Assembly (NCBI GenBank): GCA_965204375.1
Contig: OZ241986.1
Location: 2,880,001 to 2,944,000, forward strand
Reading direction: 5' to 3'
DNA: 64,000 nucleotides
DNA from: Candidatus Latescibacterota bacterium
Lineage (GTDB): Bacteria > Latescibacterota > UBA2968
Shown piece after piece: positions 30,065-39,878 of this stretch. A program made the position numbers and the translations under genes. Position 1 is the first letter of the stretch. Each line of letters opens with the position of its first letter. The notes beneath the pieces were generated by a model. It saw nothing but the letters and a program-made list of their open reading frames with translations. It searched no databases and was not told where the DNA came from.

Positions 30065-32491
30065 CTATTCACTTCGCAAAGAATCCACAGGATTAGCGCC
30101 CGCGGTTCTAACTGCTTGCCACCCCACCGTCATCAGCGCAATGATCAGCGTCAGCATCCCGCTCAAAATGAAAAACCCGACACTCAGATCAATGCGATAG
30201 GCGAAATTGTGGAGCCAACCGCTCATCGCGTAATAGGCGACTGGCCAGGCGAGGAGATTTGCCAGAATAACGGGCTTTACAAAATCCTTCGTAAACAGCA
30301 GCACGATATTCGCGACTGATGCCCCCAACACCTTCCGAATCCCGACCTCTTTCGTGCGCTGTTCCGCTATATAAGAAGCCAAACCAAACAGACCAAGGCA
30401 CGCGATACAAATAGCCAGCGCTGTCAGACCGCCGAGCATCTTACCGCGCTGTTCATCTGCGCGATACTGGCGTTCAAAATAATCGTCTAAAAAAGCGTAT
30501 TCAAATGGAGAATACGGAACGTAGGTCTCCCACTTCTCCTTCAAAAAATTCAGCGCATCCGAACTCCGATTGGGACGGATCCTGACCAAAAGATAATGAC
30601 CGCCACTCGGCGAAATATGCAAGAACATCGGTTCAATCTCCTGATAAAGAGATCGAACGTGAAAATCCTTCACCACGCCTATGACAGTACGCGGTCGGCT
30701 ATCCCGAAATACCAAAACCAATTCCTTACCAAGAGCTTCTTTAGGCGAACCCCAGCCAAAATGCACGACCGCTGTTTCATTTACAACAACAGCTTCAGAT
30801 GCGTCGGTCGAAAAATCTTTTGAAAAATCCCTTCCCTCAATTATCTCGATTCCAAGCGTTTTTATAAAATCGTGATCGACCGCATAGCCCGGCACTTGCA
30901 TTTCACCCTGCACGCCTTCCGGCTGCACCGGCCGTCTGATAAGTGGAAATACCGTTGATTGCGTTGGCACAGGTACACGAGATGACAGCGCGCAACTCAG
31001 GAGATCGGGACTCTGTAAAAAGTCTGCCTTGATCGATTCGTATTTTGCACGAAGATCTCGCTGTCTGAAAAGCGGCATAGAAATAACATTCGCCCTTTCA
31101 AACCCCAAATCCTTATTTTTTACATACGCCATCTGTGTATAAATAACGCTCGTACCTGTAATCAGCGCGATTGAAATGGCAAATTGGACAACCACGAGCG
31201 ATTGTCTGATACGCGAAGTTTGCGAACCTGCATGCCGCGCCCCCTTTAACACAGTCACGGGTTGAAATGCAGAAAGAAAAAACGCCGGATAACTTCCCGC
31301 GACAATACCCGTAGCAAGCGCGACACCAGCCAAACCCAATATCGCAGAGATACTGCTGTATTCAACGACCAATTGTTGACCGATCAAACGATTAAAAAGG
31401 GGCAGTGAAAGTTCGACAAGGGAGACCGCAAACAAAAGCGCAATAAATGCCAGCAGTGCAGATTCACCCACAAATTGCCGGATCAATTGCAGGCGATAAG
31501 CTCCTACAACCTTTCTTATGCCCACCTCCTTCGCACGTGCAGCAGAGCGCGCCGTCGAAAGATTCATAAAATTGATACAGGCAATCAAAAGCACAAAACA
31601 GGCGAGAGCGGTGAAGACATAGACGTGGACAATATCGCTATTCGGCTCGATCTCGTGACTCAAATTCGAGTAGAGATGGATTCTCGTAATGGGCTGCAAG
31701 AAAAATCTCACACCCAATCCACGCTCTGTCAGCGCCTCCCCCATGTATTTTTTTACAAACGCGGGAAATTTATCCTCAAGCTCATCGGGCGAATATCTCT
31801 TCGGAAGAACCACATAGGTATAAAGCAACGGATTTGACAGCCAATTCTTCAGAATAGCACTTGTCGCGCCTCTCTCATGTAAACTCGCATACGAAGCCAA
31901 AATATCGAATCTAAAATGAGAATTGCGCGGAACTTCCCGTATAATCCCCGTCACCGTGTAATGGTTTTGCAAGACAGGCGTTACAAATGTGAGAACCTCG
32001 CCCATAGGATCTTTTGTACCGAAATACTTGCGTGCTGCCTTCTCGGTAAGCACAACAGAATAGGGTGACTGAAGCGCCGTATGTCGGTCTCCCTTAATTA
32101 AGGAAAAATCAAAAACCTCCAAAGCCGATGCATCTCCAAAAAGGATAGACTCTTGAAAGCGGTTATTCTCATGAAAAATCACAGATGACCCGCGCACGAA
32201 TCTGGCGGCCTGGACAACCTCGGGAAATTCGGCTCGTAAGGCAGGAGCCAATGGAGGTGGGGAAGTCGCCGTTGGCACAACCTGTCCATCTACAGCTATA
32301 CGGTCATGTGCAACCCTGTAAATCCGATCTGCCTTTTCATGATACGTATCATAACTGAGTTCAAACCTGACAAAACTCAAAATCAAGACACAAGTCGCTA
32401 TGCCAATCGCCAATCCTGCTATATTGACAAACGAATACACCTTTTGCCGAAACAGATTGCGAAAAGCGACTGTCAGATAATTTCTTAACAT
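30065..32491 (-). CDS. Large MacB/FtsX-type ABC permease (duplicated domains)
   Basis: MLRNYLTVAFRNL, IACINFMNLSTARS.RAKEVGIRKV.GA, RTKEVGIRKVLGA, ANPVDSLRSE. Confidence 0.92.
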   Translation of the reverse strand: MLRNYLTVAFRNLFRQKVYSFVNIAGLAIGIATCVLILSFVRFELSYDTYHEKADRIYRVAHDRIAVDGQVVPTATSPPPLAPALRAEFPEVVQAARFVRGSSVIFHENNRFQESILFGDASALEVFDFSLIKGDRHTALQSPYSVVLTEKAARKYFGTKDPMGEVLTFVTPVLQNHYTVTGIIREVPRNSHFRFDILASYASLHERGATSAILKNWLSNPLLYTYVVLPKRYSPDELEDKFPAFVKKYMGEALTERGLGVRFFLQPITRIHLYSNLSHEIEPNSDIVHVYVFTALACFVLLIACINFMNLSTARSAARAKEVGIRKVVGAYRLQLIRQFVGESALLAFIALLFAVSLVELSLPLFNRLIGQQLVVEYSSISAILGLAGVALATGIVAGSYPAFFLSAFQPVTVLKGARHAGSQTSRIRQSLVVVQFAISIALITGTSVIYTQMAYVKNKDLGFERANVISMPLFRQRDLRAKYESIKADFLQSPDLLSCALSSRVPVPTQSTVFPLIRRPVQPEGVQGEMQVPGYAVDHDFIKTLGIEIIEGRDFSKDFSTDASEAVVVNETAVVHFGWGSPKEALGKELVLVFRDSRPRTVIGVVKDFHVRSLYQEIEPMFLHISPSGGHYLLVRIRPNRSSDALNFLKEKWETYVPYSPFEYAFLDDYFERQYRADEQRGKMLGGLTALAICIACLGLFGLASYIAEQRTKEVGIRKVLGASVANIVLLFTKDFVKPVILANLLAWPVAYYAMSGWLHNFAYRIDLSVGFFILSGMLTLIIALMTVGWQAVRTAGANPVDSLRSE

Positions 32492-32624
32492 GGCCTCCCC
32501 TTTTTTAAATTGAATCAGCCTCCTCAACATAGCTTTAGACAAAATGTTTTTTCTAAGGTTTCTAAAAAATCTTCACATCCAGACCAATCTCAAACTGCAA
32601 TCCAACTTTTTTATTGCAAAGTTC

Positions 32625-32653
32625 TTGTGTACTCTATGACAGTGTTTTATAAT
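32625..32653 (+). promoter_or_regulatory. Sigma70-like promoter upstream of the LarA-family gene
   Basis: TTGTGT-17 nt-TATAAT. Confidence 0.5.
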
Positions 32654-32718
32654 GAGTCTCAATCTGGAATCATCAAACGAGACCCCAATCTAACCGCACA
32701 AAAACAAAAGAGGCTGCA

Positions 32719-33957
32719 ATGAACAACACCGCCACAATACACACCCGTGCCTGGGCGGGTGATGAAGCTCTCACCCTCACCTTTCCCAAAGGCTGGACAG
32801 TCGAAACCTTTGGTCCACAGGAATGTCCTCAAGTCACCGCAGAACAGATCCAAACCGCCTTTGACAACCCCATCGGCACACCGCGGATTTCAGAACTCGC
32901 CAAAGGAAAAAACAGCGCCGCAATCATCGTAGATGACCTGAGCCGTCCCACACCTGCTGCCGAACTCATTCCCTATGTCCTCAAAGAACTCGACGCCATA
33001 CCCAAAAATCAAATCCGCATTGTCGTAGGTGGAGGCTCTCACCGTCCAATCGACGCGGAAGAAATCGACAAAAAAGTGGGCACTGATATAGCCTGCGCAT
33101 ATCAAGTCACAAACCACAACTTCATGAGCGGCGACCTCCGCGCATTGGGCAGTCTGGACAGCGGCCTCCCCATTTACATCGACAGAATTGTCGCAGAAGC
33201 CGACCTCAAGCTCTGCGTAGGCGGCATCTATCCCCACGGCAACGTGGGATTTGGCGGCGGTGCCAAGCTCATCTTACCGGGCGTATCGGGCTTTGCCACC
33301 ATGTTCTACTTCCACACCTTTTACGCAAGTCGAGGACACGCCAATATTGAACGACAGGGTGACGAGCCCGACCATCGAGATGCCGCCGAAGCAGTCGCAA
33401 AAGTCCTGGGCCTCGATACCGTTGTCAACGTGACACTCAACCGCAAACGCCAGATCACCGGTGTTTTTGTGGGCGACTTCATCCAGGCGCAGCGCACCGG
33501 TGCCCGATTCGCACTAAAAACCTACGCAACCCGGACACCAGAAACAGAGCCTGACCTCGTCATTGCCAGCTGCTATCCACTCGACTACGACCCCGTTCAA
33601 GCCGGCAAAGCACTCTGGCCGCTTCGGCTATTCAAAAACGCCTACAAAGTCGCCATCAATCCCGCCACCGATGGCATATGTCACCACGGACTATACGACG
33701 AAATAGACTACGCGCGGTTTTGCAAACTAAAATCCGAACAGCCTCAGCAAGAACTCCCCGAACCCAAAATCGAAGGTCCGCACCAGACCCTGATGTGGTC
33801 TGAAAACTTTCCAGTTGACGAATTTTACAAACGCAACCCCGACGGTGTCCTCTTCCGCGATTGGGACACGCTCTTCAACCAACTCATTGTAAAATTGCCC
33901 GATAATGCCCGCGTTGCCGTTTTTCCCAATGCGGCCATTCAAATTCCCAAAAAATGA
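32719..33957 (+). CDS. LarA/DUF2088 family nickel-pincer racemase/epimerase
   Basis: DDLSRPTP, GGSHR, PHGNVGFGGGAKLILPG. Confidence 0.85.
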   Translation: MNNTATIHTRAWAGDEALTLTFPKGWTVETFGPQECPQVTAEQIQTAFDNPIGTPRISELAKGKNSAAIIVDDLSRPTPAAELIPYVLKELDAIPKNQIRIVVGGGSHRPIDAEEIDKKVGTDIACAYQVTNHNFMSGDLRALGSLDSGLPIYIDRIVAEADLKLCVGGIYPHGNVGFGGGAKLILPGVSGFATMFYFHTFYASRGHANIERQGDEPDHRDAAEAVAKVLGLDTVVNVTLNRKRQITGVFVGDFIQAQRTGARFALKTYATRTPETEPDLVIASCYPLDYDPVQAGKALWPLRLFKNAYKVAINPATDGICHHGLYDEIDYARFCKLKSEQPQQELPEPKIEGPHQTLMWSENFPVDEFYKRNPDGVLFRDWDTLFNQLIVKLPDNARVAVFPNAAIQIPKK

Positions 33958-34037
33958 GGGTCTAAAACGCAGAATTTTACTTTCTCTCACGCGCCTATCA
34001 TGCTATATTGGGCCAATGCAATTATTGTAAAAAATCA

Positions 34038-34100
34038 CGCAAGAGAACGGGGAGGCGTAGGGACTGGGGGAGATCCTTGCAAATCCCTTGTTCTCTTGCG
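34038..34100 (+). other. Long imperfect hairpin in the leader of the PhyH-sulfatase genes
   Basis: CGCAAGAGAAC...GTTCTCTTGCG outer stem plus inner GTAGGGA/TCCTTGC pairing. Confidence 0.65.
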
Positions 34101-34121
34101 TTATTATATTTGGAGGACGCC

Positions 34122-34922
34122 ATGCTGACACAAGAACAAATCGACTTCTACCACGAAAATGGGTATCTCAAATGCGAAGCGCTCTTTACCCCAGAAGAAA
34201 CCGCCGAACTCGGCTCGGAAATGGTGCGCATCATCGAAAACTGGGGCAATGAGACCATCGGCTGGCGGGGACCCTGGCGCAATCGATACTTGCCCGAAGA
34301 CGAACGCCTCAACACCAAAGCGGTCTTTATGCACAATCCCCAATTCTACTCCGCAACCTGGGGACGCGCCATCTTCAACGAACGACTCGTCGGCTGTGTA
34401 GAAGACTTGATCCGCGACACTGTTCAGTGGCACCACACCGTGCTCCATGCCAAACCGCCAGAACTCGGCACGCCTTTTCCCATGCACCAGGACTATCCCT
34501 TTTATCCGCACGACGGTCCTGATTTTGTCGATTGTTTGCTACACCTGGACGACACCCCAATAGAAAGCGGGTGCTTGCGCGTGGTGCCCGGTAGCCATAA
34601 AAAGGGTCCACTCGTTCACGTTTTAGGCCCAGACACCTCTCCTCATCTGCCGCCAGACGAGTACCATCCCGACAAAATCGACTCCATCTTAATCCCGGCA
34701 AAAGCAGGGGACGTCATCTTCTTTAGCTATCAGATCATTCACTGGTCCGATTGCAACCGCACCGACGAATGGCGAAAATCCGTGCGCTTCGGCTACCACA
34801 GCACCCAGATGCAACCCGTGGGCCGCGCAGAAGACGACCCCTACCGCATCGACCCCAACAACATATTGGAACGCAAAGACAGCACCATTGTGTCCGGCTT
34901 TAGAATAAATGAAGTGAATTAG
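34122..34922 (+). CDS. Phytanoyl-CoA dioxygenase (PhyH) family Fe/2OG oxygenase
   Basis: LTQEQIDFYHENGYL, MHQD, GCLRVVPGSHK, IHWS..N...R; GGAGG RBS. Confidence 0.9.
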   Translation: MLTQEQIDFYHENGYLKCEALFTPEETAELGSEMVRIIENWGNETIGWRGPWRNRYLPEDERLNTKAVFMHNPQFYSATWGRAIFNERLVGCVEDLIRDTVQWHHTVLHAKPPELGTPFPMHQDYPFYPHDGPDFVDCLLHLDDTPIESGCLRVVPGSHKKGPLVHVLGPDTSPHLPPDEYHPDKIDSILIPAKAGDVIFFSYQIIHWSDCNRTDEWRKSVRFGYHSTQMQPVGRAEDDPYRIDPNNILERKDSTIVSGFRINEVN

Positions 34923-34926
34923 ACGT

Positions 34927-36186
34927 ATGAACAAACCCAACATCATCATCGTACTCGCAGACGACATGGGCTATGGGGATTCCAGCGCGTACGGAGGCTG
35001 GATCGACACGCCCGCAATGGAACAAATGGCCCGCGAAGGGCTTAAATTCACCGACTTTCACTCCAGCGGTGCCGTTTGCAGCCCCACGCGCGCCGGACTG
35101 CTCACCGGACGCTACCAACAGCGCGCAGGCGTGCCCATAGTGATCGGTGCCAATCCCCAAAGCGCCGACCACTATGTGGGATTGTACCCCTCTGAAATCA
35201 CCTTTCCCAAACTGCTCAAAAAAGCCGGCTATACCTCCGCCATCTTTGGTAAATGGCACCTCGGTTACGACAAAAAATTCAATCCTCTGCACCACGATTT
35301 TGATCGCTTTCGCGGATATGTAAGCGGCAACATCGACTACATCTCACACTACGACCGAATGGAAACTTACGACTGGTGGGAGGGCCTCGAACACATCGAA
35401 GAAGAAGGCTATACCACGCATCTCATCACCCAGCATTCGGTACAATTCATCAAAGACCACAAAGACACGCCCTTTTGCCTCTACGTTGCGCACGAAGCCG
35501 TACACACCCCATTGCAGGGACCCGATGATCCCGCCATTCGCGGTCCGGAAAAAGCGGACTTTCATCCCGACGACCCCCGGGAAACCTATTGCCAGATGAT
35601 GAAAGCCATGGACGACAGCCTGGCCGAAATTATGGGCACAGTGCGGGAACTCGGCATTGAGGAAAACACCCTCGTCTTCTTTTTTTCCGACAACGGCGGC
35701 ACCCGTCAAAACCCCGAATCCAACGCCCCTTTGCGTGGGAACAAGGGCACGGTGTGGGAAGGCGGCCACCGCGTCCCCGCCATTGCATGGTGGCCCGGAA
35801 CAATTGCTCCCAACAGCGTCACCGACCAACTCGCCATCAGCATCGACCTCTTTCCCACCATGTGCGACCTCGCAGGAGCACCTGCACCCGACAATCACTT
35901 TGACGGCATCAACCTCAAAACCACCCTTCTGGGACAGGACGAACCGGGTGCCCGACAATTGTTCTGGAATGGCCTTGCCATGCGCGACGACAACTACAAG
36001 CTCGTAATCGACAAGGGTACGCCGCATCTATTTGACCTATCCCAGGACATATCGGAAAGCAATGACCTCGCATCGCAACAACCCGACCGCGTCCAGCAAA
36101 TGTGCCATGCAATCAATGCCTGGAAACGCGACGTAGCCGACGGTGCAACGCCTCAACCTGAATACGATGCAAAAGCGAGCGCGTAA
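34927..36186 (+). CDS. Cys-type sulfatase
   Basis: ADDMGYGD, CSPTRAGLLTG, GKWHLG, SDNGG, EGGHRVP. Confidence 0.93.
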   Translation: MNKPNIIIVLADDMGYGDSSAYGGWIDTPAMEQMAREGLKFTDFHSSGAVCSPTRAGLLTGRYQQRAGVPIVIGANPQSADHYVGLYPSEITFPKLLKKAGYTSAIFGKWHLGYDKKFNPLHHDFDRFRGYVSGNIDYISHYDRMETYDWWEGLEHIEEEGYTTHLITQHSVQFIKDHKDTPFCLYVAHEAVHTPLQGPDDPAIRGPEKADFHPDDPRETYCQMMKAMDDSLAEIMGTVRELGIEENTLVFFFSDNGGTRQNPESNAPLRGNKGTVWEGGHRVPAIAWWPGTIAPNSVTDQLAISIDLFPTMCDLAGAPAPDNHFDGINLKTTLLGQDEPGARQLFWNGLAMRDDNYKLVIDKGTPHLFDLSQDISESNDLASQQPDRVQQMCHAINAWKRDVADGATPQPEYDAKASA

Positions 36187-36396
36187 GTCCAGTATAAGAC
36201 AATCCCTGATATCAGGTTTCGAGGAATTCTCAAACATTCACATGCGGAATTTGATCACGACATACCTGAACGCACTCGCCGCAGGTGATACAGAGACAGT
36301 GGTCGCGGAGCAGATGACGCATTGACTAATTGTGAGAGTTAGCGTTATATTCCACCATCTCAAAACTTTCGCCTTGAAAAAAGAGGTAATAACGCT

Positions 36397-37575
36397 ATGT
36401 CCCAGGAACGACTCGGCAACCGACTGCACCTTCCGAGCCTGTCGATAAAGGGATTTCGGGGGATTGACGAGCTTACCATTGATCGGTTGGGCCGCGTAAC
36501 CCTGATTGCAGGAAAGAATAGCGTCGGCAAAACGACCGTCTTAGATGCCATCCAGGTCTATGCGGCACGAGGGCATTATGGCATTCTTGAACGACTACTA
36601 ACAAGTCGCCAGGAAGTCTCTATCGCTACCGTCGAAGATGTCCACGGACAAAGAAGATTTGTACCCGATTTTCCTGCCCTATTTCACGGACGTGATGTGT
36701 CGAAATATGCCCGCATCGCAATTGGCCCCAAAGGCTACACGGACCAACTCAGGATAGAGGAGAGTTTGCTGGGCGAGGATGAGTTGGCTTCTCAAATCGA
36801 GAGAAATCTATCTCGGTATGTTGCAAAAGGCTACACGCAAACATTCCGTGTCGTCTTTCAAGACACAGAACAGATACTTCCCTGGATACTCCCTATCCAG
36901 GGATCGGATGCGGCCAGAACCGTAGAACGTTATAGCGTTAGCGCGTGCTTATACTTATTTCAGTTATTGGTCAAAGCTAAATGGCCGTCTCCAATAGGAT
37001 GTCAATTTTTGGGCCCGGGCCTGTTGAGCGACGAAGAAATTGTACGATCCTGGAATGCCATTGCGCTAACAGAAGATGAAGACCGAGCGGTACAAGCCCT
37101 GAGACTGATCTTCGGCAACGACCTGGAGCGCGTCGCGGTGCGCCGAGATGAAATATCAGATACAGAACATGTCCAGCGGGTAGTAGCAAGGCTCCGAGGT
37201 CAAGCCCGTCCAGTCCCTTTGCAAAGTCTTGGCAATGGGGCACTGCACCTATCTGGCGTCGCTCTGGCACTGACCAATAGCCGCGACGGTTTCTTACTCA
37301 TTGATGAAGCGGAAAATGGCATTCACCATTCCGTACAACGCGATTACTGGCGCATGGTATTTGAGACCGCACAGGCAAACAACGTACAGGTTTTGGCGAC
37401 AACGCACAGCTTTGACTGTCTGCGCGGCTTCGCACAAGCGATGACCGATTGTGAGGAAGTTGATGGTGCGCTCGTGCGCCTTGAGCAAGAGAATGGCACC
37501 CTTCGCGCGGTTGAGTATTCGGAACGCAATATCAAGGCCGCTGCAAAACAACGCATTGATATTGAGATGAGGTAG
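36397..37575 (+). CDS. AAA_15/AAA_21 ABC-type ATPase (OLD/AbiEii-like)
   Basis: IKGFRGI, GKNSVGKTT, SLGNG signature, LLIDEAENGIH, ATTHS. Confidence 0.88.
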   Translation: MSQERLGNRLHLPSLSIKGFRGIDELTIDRLGRVTLIAGKNSVGKTTVLDAIQVYAARGHYGILERLLTSRQEVSIATVEDVHGQRRFVPDFPALFHGRDVSKYARIAIGPKGYTDQLRIEESLLGEDELASQIERNLSRYVAKGYTQTFRVVFQDTEQILPWILPIQGSDAARTVERYSVSACLYLFQLLVKAKWPSPIGCQFLGPGLLSDEEIVRSWNAIALTEDEDRAVQALRLIFGNDLERVAVRRDEISDTEHVQRVVARLRGQARPVPLQSLGNGALHLSGVALALTNSRDGFLLIDEAENGIHHSVQRDYWRMVFETAQANNVQVLATTHSFDCLRGFAQAMTDCEEVDGALVRLEQENGTLRAVEYSERNIKAAAKQRIDIEMR

Positions 37576-37579
37576 GTGG

Positions 37580-38184
37580 ATGGATAATAATGACCGCGTT
37601 CTTCTCGTTGAAGGGACAGACGACGAGCATGTTGTCAGGCATCTTTGTCATGGACATCAACCAATGCCGCAATTCAGTATTCGAAACAAAGAAGGAATAG
37701 AAAACCTACTCGACGACATTGGATTGGAAATTTTAGCTCCCAGCCGCAAAGCCATCGGCATCATCGTAGATGCGAATGACAATTTGGACGCCCGCTGGGA
37801 TGCTGTGACAAACAGGCTACGAGATGAGAACATTGAAGTGCCCAGCAGTCCAGAATCAACCGGCACGATTATACCCAGCACCCCTCGCGTTGGCTTATGG
37901 TTAATGCCCGACAATACATCGCCCGGCGAACTCGAAAATTTTGTCTCCGAAATGATTCCCGACGACGACCCGGTATGGCCTCGGTCCCAGTCCTACATTG
38001 ACGACATTCCAGAGTCGGATCGAAAATTTACCGAAAAAAGATATTGCGAGCCAAGGTCCACGCCTGGTTGGCGACCCGAAAGGACCCCAGGCGGATGGGC
38101 ACCGCCATTCGCGCACGAGATTTGCATATAGATGGAACACTCAGCACAACATTCGCAAAGTGGCTACGGCAGCTATTCGAGTGA
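37580..38184 (+). pseudogene. DUF3226/TOPRIM-like protein with a 1-nt frameshift at the A6 run 38034-38039
   Basis: LLVEGTDD, GIIVDAND, LMPDN..PGELE; adding one A restores KKILRAKVHAWLATRKDP...FAKWLRQLFE* ending at 38184. Confidence 0.8.
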
Positions 38185-38327
38185 GTAAAATTCTGCATCA
38201 CGTCTTCTTTTTTTCGCTTTGAACTGGCTATCGCCAATCATGCTCAAATAAATTGGCCTGAGAGGCGGCCAGTTGTACCCCGCTCGTAGGCAATTCGATT
38301 TTGATTTTTTAAACAAAAGGTGGATTA

Positions 38328-39869
38328 ATGTTAGGACTACACCTGCTGGACTTTGCCACGCTCGCCATCTATTTAATCGGCATCATGATTGCCGGCCTAT
38401 GGGTCGCCCGCAAAATCAAAAATACGGGCGACTATTTTATGGGTGGGCGCAGCTTTGGCAAAGCATTTATGATCATGCACGCCTTTGGCACCGGCACCCA
38501 CACCGACCAGGCCGTCACCGTAGCGGGAGCCTCCTACAAATTGGGCATGGCGGGAATATGGTATCAATGGCTCTATTTATTTGCCACCCCCTTCTACTGG
38601 CTCATCGCGCCAATATGGCGGAGACTGCGCTACCTCACCATAGCCGACTTCTTTGAAGACCGATTCAGCAATTCACTCGGTTACTTCTACGCCCTCTATG
38701 GCCTGCTCTACTTTGCCATACAAATCGGCATCATGCTCCTGGGCACGGGCAAAACAGCCAGTGCCATGACCGGCGGCGCAATTTCCCCCGAAATCGCCAT
38801 CGGTGTGATGACCGTCCTCTTCCTCTCCTACGGTCTATTAGGCGGCCTGCCCGCAGCCATCATCACCGACTTTATCCAGGGCATCTTCATCATCGTCCTC
38901 TCTTTTCTCCTCGTCCCCTTTGTCATAGACGGCGTCGGCGGCTTCACCGGCCTTCACCAGCAAGTACCCATTGAAAAATTTAGCCTCGAAGCACCCGGCG
39001 ATCCCCCGCCCGGATACGACCGCATCACGCCCTTCTTCATCGTCATGGTCGTCATCAACGCCCTCGTCGGCATCATTGCCCAACCCCACCACATGGAAAT
39101 TGGCGGTGCGGGCAAAACCGAACGCGAAGCCCGCGTGGGATTCACCTACGGCAACATGATCAAACGCCTCTGCACCGTGGCCTGGGCATTTACCGGCGTA
39201 GCCTGCATTGCCCTTTACCCCAGTATCGACGACCCCGAACATGCTTTTGGGCTCGCCTCGCGCGACCTCTTGCCCATCGGTCTCGTCGGCATCATGCTCG
39301 CCTCGATGATCGCCGCAGTCATGTCCACCTGCGACTCATTCATGGTCGATGGCGCCGCCCTCTTTGTCGAAAACTTTTACAAACCCCTCTTCAAACCCGA
39401 AGCCGACGACAAACACTACCTCACCACAGGTCGCATCGTCGCCCTCATACTGGTCGTATTTGGCATAATCATCGCGCTCTATTTCACCTCTGTCGTCGCG
39501 ATTATTCGCCTCTCCTGGTCACTCGTAGCATTCTTTGGGATTGCATTTTGGGGAGGAATACTCTGGCGCAGGTGCAATGCGCCCGGCGCCTGGGCTGGCC
39601 TGATCGTCTCGGCATTATTATTCGCCATATCCGGACAAACAATCATCAATTTGGAAAGCCTGAGCATCTACATTGGTGGCCTCAACTGGGAATTGCCCTA
39701 TCGCTACGTACTCTACATCGCCGGTGGCTTTGCCGCACTCATCATCGTCAGCAAACTCACCAAACCGCAAGACAAAGAGCGACTCGACCGCTTTTACACC
39801 TTGCTCCACACACCTGTGGGACAAGAGCACAAATTGCGCGAAGCCGGCATAAAAGTTGTTATGGAGTAA
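38328..39869 (+). CDS. Sodium:solute symporter (SSS family)
   Basis: DYFMGGR, TIADFFEDRF, GGLPAAIITDFIQG, AAVMSTCDS; many TM segments. Confidence 0.92.
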   Translation: MLGLHLLDFATLAIYLIGIMIAGLWVARKIKNTGDYFMGGRSFGKAFMIMHAFGTGTHTDQAVTVAGASYKLGMAGIWYQWLYLFATPFYWLIAPIWRRLRYLTIADFFEDRFSNSLGYFYALYGLLYFAIQIGIMLLGTGKTASAMTGGAISPEIAIGVMTVLFLSYGLLGGLPAAIITDFIQGIFIIVLSFLLVPFVIDGVGGFTGLHQQVPIEKFSLEAPGDPPPGYDRITPFFIVMVVINALVGIIAQPHHMEIGGAGKTEREARVGFTYGNMIKRLCTVAWAFTGVACIALYPSIDDPEHAFGLASRDLLPIGLVGIMLASMIAAVMSTCDSFMVDGAALFVENFYKPLFKPEADDKHYLTTGRIVALILVVFGIIIALYFTSVVAIIRLSWSLVAFFGIAFWGGILWRRCNAPGAWAGLIVSALLFAISGQTIINLESLSIYIGGLNWELPYRYVLYIAGGFAALIIVSKLTKPQDKERLDRFYTLLHTPVGQEHKLREAGIKVVME

Positions 39870-39878
39870 AGAACTGTC

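Noticed and set aside
38030-38045. Programmed -1 frameshift at AAAAAAG
   Set aside because: The zero frame reads GAA AAA AGA, not the canonical A AAA AAG phasing. A simple indel or sequencing error is more likely.
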